Below, piece after piece: positions 1-8,175 of a stretch of DNA of 64,000 bases. The stretch is from Candidatus Bathyarchaeia archaeon (GTDB lineage: Archaea; Thermoproteota; Bathyarchaeia; 40CM-2-53-6), in the NCBI GenBank assembly GCA_050013255.1, contig JBEKFP010000001.1:32001-96000 (forward strand). The letters are read 5' to 3'. The position numbers and the translations under genes are program-made. The notes under the pieces were generated by a model. The model was not told the DNA's origin and made no database searches. It worked only from the letters and a program-made list of their open reading frames with translations. Within the stretch, counting starts at the first letter, position 1. Every line of letters starts with the position of its first letter.

Positions 1-18
1 AAACGCCTAGTCAGATAC

Positions 19-627
19 ATGATTAACCTCGCTCTCTTCGCCCTCCTATTCTTCCTGATAACATGGTACGGATCATTGTACGCAAACTACTTGCCTTCCT
101 TCGTGACCTCGACAAGCTGGGGCTGGCTCCTCGTCAGCCTCCTAGGGGCCGTTGGATTAGGGCTTCTGATCTACAAGGCGAAGGGGGCACTGCATTTGCT
201 TGGCATAGTTCTGATCGGCGGACTCACTGGGACATTTCTCGGCGTGTCCATACCCACATTAACGGCGGTCGTGCTCTTGCTAGCCTTAGCGGGCTATGAC
301 CTCTTCGCAGTCTACAAGGGCCCAATAGGGAAGATGGCTGAATCAACCAACCTCGAAGAATTCACGGGCGCCGTTTTTACGTACGGTGATTTGACGGTGG
401 GGATGGGGGATATGGTGTTCTACTCTATGCTCGCGAGCAACTCAATGATGAATTTTGGGCCGATCCCATTCCTCGCCGCGGCTGTTGGTTTGGTAATTGG
501 TGCTTACCTTGGGTTCAAGATGCTTGAAGGGCGGGACATGTTTCCAGGCCTGCCGTTCGCCATAATTCTCGGATTAGTGTTCATGTATGTTGCTTCACAA
601 ATCTTGATCATGCTAAAACCAACCTGA
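19..627 (+). CDS. Presenilin/GxGD-family intramembrane aspartyl protease (probably 5'-truncated by window edge)
   Basis: Multi-TM protein with YD (AGYDLFAV), GxGD (GMGDMVFY) and PAL-like (FPGLP) motifs. Confidence 0.85.
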   Translation: MINLALFALLFFLITWYGSLYANYLPSFVTSTSWGWLLVSLLGAVGLGLLIYKAKGALHLLGIVLIGGLTGTFLGVSIPTLTAVVLLLALAGYDLFAVYKGPIGKMAESTNLEEFTGAVFTYGDLTVGMGDMVFYSMLASNSMMNFGPIPFLAAAVGLVIGAYLGFKMLEGRDMFPGLPFAIILGLVFMYVASQILIMLKPT

Positions 628-986
628 GCGAACACATTCTCCATTACCAGTAGGAATGGGTTACATATTCTCGTTGCAGAGGAAAAGCAACACGATTTAA
701 GCCAAGGTCAGGTCGGAAATCGGAGCTTCCTCCCACCAAATCGGCCCAAAAGAGGGTTCTGTTGGGTTCTAGGGGCTTAGGCTAGGGTGGATAGGTTAGG
801 GTGGTGCCACCCTTCGAGGGGTGGTGCCAAACGGTGCCAAGCGAAGGTAAATCAACCTCTCTTGACCCCAAAAAATGCACCACCCCCCTGGGGGGTCCCT
901 CCAAGCGTGCGCGCACTCTTCTCCGCCTACTATCCCATAAAACTACACCACCCACCCCCCCGCCGCCAAAAACCCGCATTATTGGC

Positions 987-1244
987 CTATCTTCCGGCCT
1001 TGATCTTTTGCCTGAGCTTAATATTCGCAAGCCTGTCCCAGTTTCGAACAATTCGGGGAATATCGTACCCGCATACCTCAACTATGCCTGGGTAAGGGTC
1101 GGTAGTTGGGGCCGTTCTGATTCCAAGGAATTTGGAACAAACAAAGAAGAAGTACGCCCTGCTCTTCGTTGTTACCGCGAATAGAATTCCCGTCCTTTCA
1201 ATGAGCAGTTTGAGCATTGTTCGCTCGTAGATCAGCTTCCTCAT
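987..1244 (-). CDS. Small hypothetical protein (85 aa), last gene of the glycosylation operon
   Basis: ATG (MRKLIYER...) overlaps the TGA of the upstream GT gene as ATGA, typical of translational coupling; no recognisable motif. Confidence 0.5.
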   Translation of the reverse strand: MRKLIYERTMLKLLIERTGILFAVTTKSRAYFFFVCSKFLGIRTAPTTDPYPGIVEVCGYDIPRIVRNWDRLANIKLRQKIKAGR

Positions 1245-1999
1245 CCTTCGCCACTCACGCCTCTTTTCATTCGAAGCCAAGGCTCAGGTTTCACGAAACC
1301 GTATAGAAATTTCAGGTAGAACACTGGTACGTATAGGATGTTCTTCACGTTCCTACTGTTGAGGCTTAGCAGTAGGATCACTTTGAGGGCAAACAAGAGT
1401 TCTCTAGGCTTCGAGTCAGGTAGCACCCTCGTGTTCGCTCCTTCCCACTCGGGTTTGAATTCTCTAAATTGCGAACGATGAACCATCGAATCAAGAACGT
1501 AGTACGTTTTGAGTTTCTGCTCGTCGAGGCGCCTTTGAATGAAATAAGTCTCCCGAGCATCGATATAATCCGGCACAACCTTACCCAAGAAATTGTTCCT
1601 ACGCAGGACAAGTAGACTTGCAGGTAGTCCATACCGAAAACGGTGCCCCATAGCCATCCCCACTACCGCACCATACCCCCTATCCCGAAGGATACTCAGC
1701 GCCAGATCAAAGAAATCGGCTCTCACAATCTCGACGTCACTGTCAACGAAAACGATGTATTCGGTGGTCGCTAATTCAAAACAAAGCTGTCTTGCTCGCC
1801 CCAACCCCTCTCGCTCGGAAAATATCTCCGCATTGAATCTTCTTGCGATCTGAATTGTTCCATCGTCGCTATGGTGATCGACAACTAGGAGCCGTGAATC
1901 AGGAGTGAGCCTTCTGATACTTCCTAGACATTGTTCCAGCGTCTTTGCTGAATTGTAGCTGCAGACACAGAAAGTGAGTCCTTTCACCTCCTTCAACAT
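1241..1999 (-). CDS. Glycosyltransferase family 2
   Basis: GT-A N-terminus (VCSYNS...LLVVDHHSDDGT, GLGRARQ, FVDSD DxD); start placed at ATG 1999, overlapping the upstream stop. Confidence 0.88.
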   Translation of the reverse strand: MLKEVKGLTFCVCSYNSAKTLEQCLGSIRRLTPDSRLLVVDHHSDDGTIQIARRFNAEIFSEREGLGRARQLCFELATTEYIVFVDSDVEIVRADFFDLALSILRDRGYGAVVGMAMGHRFRYGLPASLLVLRRNNFLGKVVPDYIDARETYFIQRRLDEQKLKTYYVLDSMVHRSQFREFKPEWEGANTRVLPDSKPRELLFALKVILLLSLNSRNVKNILYVPVFYLKFLYGFVKPEPWLRMKRGVSGEG

Positions 2000-3237
2000 G
2001 CCGCTCTCCGCCTGTACACAGCTAGAAAATGGTCGCCCAAACGGTTCATCGGGAATATTGTCCCGAGCTTGAAATCTACTGATTTCCACAACCCAAACAG
2101 CTTTCCAGGTGGCAGAAACTTTGTTAGGTTCGAAGGCGGAAGCGTAATCACAACGCCATAGACTTTCTTCAGCTCGAAATATGGGTCAACGATTTTTCCA
2201 AGTGATGCCACGGAGAACGCGTTTGTTGCAACACAAAACCTAGACTTGCCTACAGGTACGGGGTTGCGTAGCCTCGCGAACGCAAGTCTCGGCTTCAACT
2301 TGAACGTGTAGCCAAGAATCTCGTAGAGGCAGTATTTGTTCCAAACACCGAGAATCAGGGGCGCCTCCTCCTTCAGAATATCGTTGAGAACACGTACCGA
2401 TTGATGCAATCGAGGCTCTGTGTTTATCGCGCCATAGGTCGAATAGGCCCCATCGATTCTTGAGAAGCCAAGGTTCGCTATTTTGTCTTTCAGATCGACT
2501 GGCCTTGACCAGACGCATAACACATTATCCGAGAGCCCTGCCTTTTCCGCCTTTGATTTGAGTACCTCGACCATTTTGCTGGAAATGTCTGTCGCAATTA
2601 CTCTTACCCCGGCCTTTGCAAGGCTCAATGTCTCCGTGCCGGTACCGCATCCAATTTCCAGGACTGTATCCCCCGGTTTGAAGAACTCCATCATAACTGA
2701 GACGGAGACGTTACGGAGCCATGTGTTGATTGGGTTTCCGAATATGTGCCTGTCATAATCCTCTGCGACGGCGTCGAAGGCCGCTTCGAGGTCGCCGTAA
2801 ATTATTTCATCAAAACTAGTGGAGGCCCACTCGTTGACGAAAAGTTCAACGTAACTATGCTGGCCCTTGTAATATTGATTCACAACTGCTTTTCCGTATT
2901 TTCGGGTGAATATTGCAAGTAGCGGGTCGTCAAGTCCCGTTATTTGCTTTATGTGTCCTTCGCAATTGAAGATCCGGTTCTGGAAGAACAGCCTTGCTTT
3001 CACATTCCCTTGCAGATTCAGAAACCAGGCGTGCTTCCCTGACCTTCCTGGAAAAACAATGATCCTAACTCCCACTGAAACATACCTGAGCAGAACCTGA
3101 TGTGGCTTTCCACTCTTGCGACCAATGGTTTCAAGTCGGATGTACTGATTCTGGCCGGGTGAGGAATCTATGCCCGATTTAGATGATATCCACGGTTCCC
3201 GCGTTCTTTGAATTTCGCTTTCTCTAAGCTTCTCCAT
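1993..3237 (-). CDS. Fusion of deazaflavin-dependent nitroreductase-like split-barrel domain and class I SAM methyltransferase
   Basis: N-terminal LETIGRKSGKP...WFLNL (DDN/FDOR-A-like signature); C-terminal VLEIGCGTG...ATDISSKM SAM motifs. Confidence 0.75.
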   Translation of the reverse strand: MEKLRESEIQRTREPWISSKSGIDSSPGQNQYIRLETIGRKSGKPHQVLLRYVSVGVRIIVFPGRSGKHAWFLNLQGNVKARLFFQNRIFNCEGHIKQITGLDDPLLAIFTRKYGKAVVNQYYKGQHSYVELFVNEWASTSFDEIIYGDLEAAFDAVAEDYDRHIFGNPINTWLRNVSVSVMMEFFKPGDTVLEIGCGTGTETLSLAKAGVRVIATDISSKMVEVLKSKAEKAGLSDNVLCVWSRPVDLKDKIANLGFSRIDGAYSTYGAINTEPRLHQSVRVLNDILKEEAPLILGVWNKYCLYEILGYTFKLKPRLAFARLRNPVPVGKSRFCVATNAFSVASLGKIVDPYFELKKVYGVVITLPPSNLTKFLPPGKLFGLWKSVDFKLGTIFPMNRLGDHFLAVYRRRAAC

Positions 3238-3331
3238 CTAGCCCTCGACCTCTGTAACTTTCAGCTCAATTTCCGGCTCAGTTCCCACAGAATGCTAAGT
3301 TCATCACAGCTGATAAGAGATATTGACTTGC

Positions 3332-4288
3332 CTAGGATTTAGTTCCGTACCTCTTCCACAAGGCGTGCTTCCTTGTCGACCCGACATTGTCTAGCATTGC
3401 GAGGAACACCGACACCACTTCACCAATCATTGATACAGGTAAGGCGATAATCAACCTCGGATTGTCTGACAGGGTTCTAATGAGGATTGATAAACTGAGA
3501 ACTGGATTTGAGGCTAGCATTGACTCTAGGGTCTTTGGTGATTTGCCGACCTTTTTCCAAATCTGAAGGTGGCCGTAAACGATTCTGCGACGCTGGCGGA
3601 TGACATCCACGAAGTTCTTAGGAACATCGATCTTGACCTTAGCAGTTTGGCAAAACCCAATTGTGTAGCCGGCGAGGTATGCCGTTCCTGCCAGGTACGC
3701 GCCGTCGTTTACCGTATCCGGTGGCAGTTCATGAAGGGCTTCTCCTCGAAGCACCAAGAGTTCGTCACAGCACCGATTGTTAAGATCGTCGACATTTAGC
3801 TCTCGCAAGAACTCGTTATGTACTCCCCACATCAGTTCCAGCACACTACCGGCGAGCCCCGCTCCACCACTCACGATTGGGAGGCCGGAAACCATCCCTA
3901 TCTTCTCGTCCCGCATTATTTCATTCAGCAACCTAGAAATCGCACCTCTCTCAGGGAGAGCGTCGGAATTTACTAGAACCAAGAACTGGCCGTCGAAATT
4001 CTGAATGATCTGATTTATCGCAACGGATTTTCCCCTCCGTATGGGTTCCTCAATCAGCACGAAACGCCGGTCTCGCCGCGCTAGCTCCCGGGCGAAAAGA
4101 AGCGCGCTGGCGTCACAGCCACTTGCAACCAGAACCACCTTCTTTAGCATTAGGCCAGAGGGGTATGATTCAGTCTCGATGAGATCTAGAAGCCTCTCCA
4201 AATTTGCAGCCGAATCCGCAGCACAGATGCCAATCGAAAAACCCACGTCAAGCCTGATATTTTCAGGTAGCACAACACTCTGGCTCAT
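3332..4288 (-). CDS. Glycosyltransferase family 2 (processive-type motifs)
   Basis: RRGKSVAIN, LVNSDA (DxD-like), VND and RQRRRI (QxxRW-like) motifs; C-terminal hydrophobic segments. Confidence 0.8.
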   Translation of the reverse strand: MSQSVVLPENIRLDVGFSIGICAADSAANLERLLDLIETESYPSGLMLKKVVLVASGCDASALLFARELARRDRRFVLIEEPIRRGKSVAINQIIQNFDGQFLVLVNSDALPERGAISRLLNEIMRDEKIGMVSGLPIVSGGAGLAGSVLELMWGVHNEFLRELNVDDLNNRCCDELLVLRGEALHELPPDTVNDGAYLAGTAYLAGYTIGFCQTAKVKIDVPKNFVDVIRQRRRIVYGHLQIWKKVGKSPKTLESMLASNPVLSLSILIRTLSDNPRLIIALPVSMIGEVVSVFLAMLDNVGSTRKHALWKRYGTKS

Positions 4289-4321
4289 AGCACCAAACCA
4301 AACCGCCTGTCCGAGAACAGG

Positions 4322-5278
4322 TTATTCTTCCCACATCGCGCGGAGCCATTCATAGAAATTTGATGTATAGACACACGAGACTGCGCTTATCTTTGGTTCA
4401 AATACACGGAAGTTTTGCCCCTGCGATTTTAGTCTTAAGTTGGTCAGGTATGCCCTGATGCGTAGATATCGGCTCAGGAAAACGTAAGCCATGGCTTCGG
4501 CCCAGTCTAGTGGGAAAGAAAACCACTTTGACCTGTCCCTGGTCTCTACCCTCCGCTCATCAGTCCCATCCTTCAACTCTATGAGCTTCGCAGCGTAGGG
4601 TACCGAATAGAAAACTCCGACCCAGTCGTTACTTTCTAAAATCTTCTTGTATTGATCCACGCCCGCAACAGGTCTTGCTTTGAGAAGTTCGCGGGCAAAT
4701 AGTGGGTTCCTCCTGTTCATTTGAGATTCATGTTCGAAACCTTCCTCGTCGTGGACGTAGCTCAAACAAAAGGGCGACAGGTGAGGAGGCCGCAGGTCTA
4801 GGAGCTTGTTCAACCTAACAAGGACCAATGTCATGAATGCGCTGAGCCAGAGCCTATTTCGCCTTGTGACGATGAACAGGTCGATGTCATCCCATTTATC
4901 GGCGCTCCCGTACGCTACGCTGCCAGTAACAGCAACGGTTCGAATGAAAGGAACCGCCCGTCTCAAAACTCCAGCAAAGCTTGCCGCAGAACCTAACTTT
5001 GCAGCGGACATCTTCTCCCTTTCCAAGCGGGAGGAGTCTAACTGGTTCGGGTTTGTGAGCAAGTATCCATCTTTGATATAGAAGTGAATATCAGGAAATT
5101 TTGTTCCGGCTAATATAGACCGAAGTTGTTCCGCCGTGAGGTTTCTCCTTGGGAGAAAGTAGTTCGCTACCTCGTCCAATGTGAACGGAAACTTGAGGTA
5201 CTCGGATACTCTGAACACCTTCCACAGCCCATCGTAAATGTCGTCTGCTTGATCTTGCACTGGGAAGGTTTCTTGCAA
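4322..5278 (-). CDS. Nucleotidyltransferase (pol-beta superfamily) domain protein
   Basis: TGSVAYG...DDIDLFIV (GS...DxD) catalytic motif; N-terminal helical region (FPFTLDEV). Confidence 0.75.
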   Translation of the reverse strand: MQETFPVQDQADDIYDGLWKVFRVSEYLKFPFTLDEVANYFLPRRNLTAEQLRSILAGTKFPDIHFYIKDGYLLTNPNQLDSSRLEREKMSAAKLGSAASFAGVLRRAVPFIRTVAVTGSVAYGSADKWDDIDLFIVTRRNRLWLSAFMTLVLVRLNKLLDLRPPHLSPFCLSYVHDEEGFEHESQMNRRNPLFARELLKARPVAGVDQYKKILESNDWVGVFYSVPYAAKLIELKDGTDERRVETRDRSKWFSFPLDWAEAMAYVFLSRYLRIRAYLTNLRLKSQGQNFRVFEPKISAVSCVYTSNFYEWLRAMWEE

Positions 5279-5492
5279 CTTAGTTCATCCTCAAGGAATG
5301 GTTCTTGCCTGCGCTAACTCGGGCGCGTTCGCTTGGCACGATATAAAAGAATTACTACTACAATCGTAGTACCTTGGTTGTTCAATCGCACAAGCGGTGC
5401 TGGCTGATTTTGATTGATGAAAACTCATAGAAATTGATTCTTCCATAGAACAAGAATTATTTCCTCAGAAGACTTTCCGTGTCAGAATCACG

Positions 5493-5642
5493 ATGCCATC
5501 ACTCTCATTAAGAAGACTAGGGGCACTTCTAGGAATAATTGACATACTAGAGCTCGGGATACTACTCACCGACCAGATTTTACGAGGAGCAACTGACCAC
5601 TTCTACGCGCTCATTCTCTTCGTTATCATTGACTTCGTCTGA
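5493..5642 (+). pseudogene. Truncated paralog (49 aa) of the membrane protein at 11935-12429
   Basis: My translation MPSLSLRRLGALLGIIDILELGILLTDQILRGATDHFYALILFVIIDFV* aligns with GALLILSAILGIALLALDNVLRTFATLHYYALLAFVVVDIAV; absent from the ORF track. Confidence 0.65.
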
Positions 5643-5851
5643 CTATCCGACTGCTTGGGCAAACCTCGCATCTTTCTACGTATTTGGTTTACGCGGCTCG
5701 TTATTCACGGAAGGTGACGTATACATGTATGCTGCATGGAACTGATAGTGAAGTAGTCGTATGCCTTGCCTACGTCCTTGCGATGCACTACAATAGGTCG
5801 TTCATTCAGACTATTTCGTGAGGCGATTTAGCAAACATTAAGGCTTTTTCC

Positions 5852-5966
5852 TGTGTGTGCGCGCACACACACTAAAACGACGGTTCAAATTCCGTTGCCC
5901 GCACCATTAGAGCGCACACACACTAAACTACGAACGACGACGATTCAAATTACGACGCCCGCACCA
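5852..5966 (+). repeat. Island repeat site A: 20-bp palindrome followed by two tandem units
   Basis: TGTGTGTGCGCGCACACACA (5852-5871) is a perfect palindrome; two units GCGCACACACACTAAA...ACG(G/A)TTCAAATT...GCCCGCACCA with CGCACCA at 5900 and 5960. Confidence 0.9.
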
Positions 5967-6012
5967 TCGATGGCACCCCCAAAAAAACAATTCAAGCTAC
6001 TATTCCGATTAG

Positions 6013-7086
6013 TTACTCTTTCTCAATATCAGCAGCCAGTTTGCGAGTGCCCTGGGCATACATCTTCAGATTCCTCAATTCCTTCTGAGGATGATCTACG
6101 AGTTTCCATTCCTCACCTTCCCGGATGAACGTCCCTAACGATTGACCTGCAAAACTACGTTCAACAGCATAGATTGTTCCTTCACGGAACGTGGCATTTG
6201 GGAATAATTGTTTCAGAGAGGCCTCAGCAATATGATGTTCCGTACTAATCGGCAGTTCTATGAAAGGGGGTGCAAATCCTGATCCCCGCTTCAAGCCACC
6301 GGCCAACTCTGCCATGCTCGATAAGGAGACGGGAAACTTCGCCAGTTCAGCAGCTACCTCACCAGCTTTAATCACATCCTTAAACTCTGGGCGCATTACG
6401 AGATTCCTAATTGCTCGTTCCAGTCTATGCAGTAGGACCGCTGGATGACGAACAAGACCAAGCCTTCCAGAAGTGCTGACCACCGCGGCGTATTCACTTG
6501 AGTCTATGATTCGCCAGAAGAGATTTCGTATGTCTGCCTTTGAAACTTGACCCACTACCTCACTCTTGAACATGAGCGATGGGTCGTATCGCGAAGTGAT
6601 GAAAACAAGTTCAGCAAATCTATACCGTGCTTCACCACTGAATACACTGGTATCTATTTGCGGTGCAAAACACATTACGTGACCTAGCGAGTCGGATGCT
6701 ATTGCCGCTCCATACTTGCATCCGAGCGCTAGATTGTAGAGCATGTCTGAGGCGAAATTTAGAAAAAGGGCCTCATGCGGCTTGCTTGTTTGGTCTTGCC
6801 ACTTGCTTGCTTGATTGCGAATCGGCAACATGAAGTCGTCCACGCGAGACAGTATTTTTCCGTCTCCATCAACCAGCTTGACTAGGTTGCGCCGCGTAGA
6901 CGGCAGCTGATCCAAAACCTCAGCAACTCTATTCCTTTCCGATGCGCTAGGAACAGGAACTATAATCTGATCGGCTCCCAAGGACGTAAGCACAATCGCG
7001 GTCGCATTTAGCATGGACACTCTTACAGGCTGTCCTGACAGCCTACCCACAGCATCGATGTGTTCAAGAACTATCGGGTTCGGCAA
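6013..7086 (-). CDS. Hypothetical protein, paralog of 9071-10153
   Basis: 357-aa ORF with long shared blocks (LTSLGADQI, DGKILSRV, LYNLALGCKYGA, GEARYR, FAPPFIE). Confidence 0.85.
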   Translation of the reverse strand: MPNPIVLEHIDAVGRLSGQPVRVSMLNATAIVLTSLGADQIIVPVPSASERNRVAEVLDQLPSTRRNLVKLVDGDGKILSRVDDFMLPIRNQASKWQDQTSKPHEALFLNFASDMLYNLALGCKYGAAIASDSLGHVMCFAPQIDTSVFSGEARYRFAELVFITSRYDPSLMFKSEVVGQVSKADIRNLFWRIIDSSEYAAVVSTSGRLGLVRHPAVLLHRLERAIRNLVMRPEFKDVIKAGEVAAELAKFPVSLSSMAELAGGLKRGSGFAPPFIELPISTEHHIAEASLKQLFPNATFREGTIYAVERSFAGQSLGTFIREGEEWKLVDHPQKELRNLKMYAQGTRKLAADIEKE

Positions 7087-7191
7087 CTGAACAGGCTCCG
7101 GTTGTCCACAGAGATTTAGTCATCCGAGATTTCAATGAATCGAAATCGGAAGTCTATCGGCGTTGTGAGGTCACTCTAGTCCACGAAGCTT

Positions 7192-7232
7192 TGTGTGGGT
7201 CTAATGGTGCGCACACACACACTTTGAAACGG
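7192..7232 (-). repeat. Island repeat site B (inverted orientation)
   Basis: 7200-7224 is the exact 25-bp reverse complement of 10237-10261; the minus strand reads CCGTTTCAAAGTGTGTGTGTGCGCACCATTAGACCCACACA. Confidence 0.9.
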
Positions 7233-7247
7233 TTGGTGTAGGTGTTT

Positions 7248-7275
7248 GTTGTTAGGGGAGGTGTCCCCTAACAAC
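7248..7275. repeat. Perfect 12-bp inverted repeat (hairpin)
   Basis: GTTGTTAGGGGA-GGTG-TCCCCTAACAAC; a second imperfect GC-rich stem follows at ~7282-7333. Confidence 0.85.
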
Positions 7276-7428
7276 CCCTCCCGGCCCGGTTCCGGGAATC
7301 TGACTACCTAGCATCACTCCCCGGACCCGGCCGCATGTGTCGTTTGAGTGAAATCCGGCCCGGAATCAGACTTTGCGGACTAATGGAACCAACAGGTCGG
7401 AAGAATCAGGAGTTCGAGACTTACGATC

Positions 7429-7980
7429 TTAATTCAATACTTCCCATGCAAACACTCTGACCGCTTGATGAACTGGATGATCTAGCCTTCTGTAGTTCTC
7501 CACCCTCTTCGAAAGTTTGACTCCAATCACTTTTTCACAAATTACCTCGAAGGAATCTATCAACGGGGTGAGGCTGATCTTGGGAGGGGCATGCTCGTAC
7601 CCAATGACTGCGACAGATTTGCGCTCGGAACCTTGAAGCTGCATCAACTTGAGGCAGTCACCTATGCTACTAACGTTTCCCGGATAAGGATGTAGGAGAT
7701 TGACGGACCAGTCTTCTGCTTCCTTCCCGTTGTCTCCGAATGGGCGAACAATCTTGAACTCAACAGCCCAGTCATCTGGGATGAGTAGATCGGGAGTTCT
7801 CTTTGTGACAGCGTTAGCCTTGTACTCTGGAAGATGATTCAGATGAGCAACGATAAGCTTGAGCAGCTGAGGTTCACCGTAGGGTCCCACGCCGGGTTTG
7901 AAAGAACGGAAAGGAATCCGTGACGCATCAACCTCGACGATGGCGTCAGTCACATCGTTCATGAGGTCATAGATATCCAT
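7429..7980 (-). CDS. Putative PD-(D/E)xK restriction-endonuclease-like protein
   Basis: E(PQL)...TPDLLIPDDWAVEFK matches the E...PD...ExK catalytic pattern. Confidence 0.6.
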   Translation of the reverse strand: MDIYDLMNDVTDAIVEVDASRIPFRSFKPGVGPYGEPQLLKLIVAHLNHLPEYKANAVTKRTPDLLIPDDWAVEFKIVRPFGDNGKEAEDWSVNLLHPYPGNVSSIGDCLKLMQLQGSERKSVAVIGYEHAPPKISLTPLIDSFEVICEKVIGVKLSKRVENYRRLDHPVHQAVRVFAWEVLN

Positions 7981-8031
7981 GTACCGGGAATTAGACGGAG
8001 GATTCGTATTAGAGATTTGTTAGCTTGTATC

Positions 8032-8132
8032 TGTGCGCATCTTTAGTACTCTACACACGAGAACTGCGGTTCAAATTTCGTTGCCCGCACCAGCAATACC
8101 ACACACACTTAACGAGGAACAACGGTTCAAAT
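8032..8132 (+). repeat. Island repeat site C
   Basis: CGGTTCAAATTTCGTTGCCCGCACCA (8067-8092) is 25/26 identical to 5881-5906, followed by CCACACACACT...ACGGTTCAAAT (8099-8132). Confidence 0.9.
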
Positions 8133-8175
8133 CGTCGATTTTTTATCCAGTGTTCCACCTCTCTATCCGAGACCC

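Noticed and set aside
782-1184. ORFs 782-1081, 787-1095 and 801-1184
   Set aside because: Pro/Gly-rich translations of low-complexity G/C tracts in several frames; no protein-like signal
5870-5910. Intact tRNA gene at the GGTTCAAAT...CCA motifs (also 8067-8092)
   Set aside because: No D arm, anticodon arm or 5' acceptor strand upstream; position 61 is T
7248-7275. Canonical integron attC site (GTTAGGG/CCCTAAC)
   Set aside because: The boxes are in the wrong order (GTT before AAC) with only a 4-nt loop, and the other sites lack RYYYAAC...GTTRRRY
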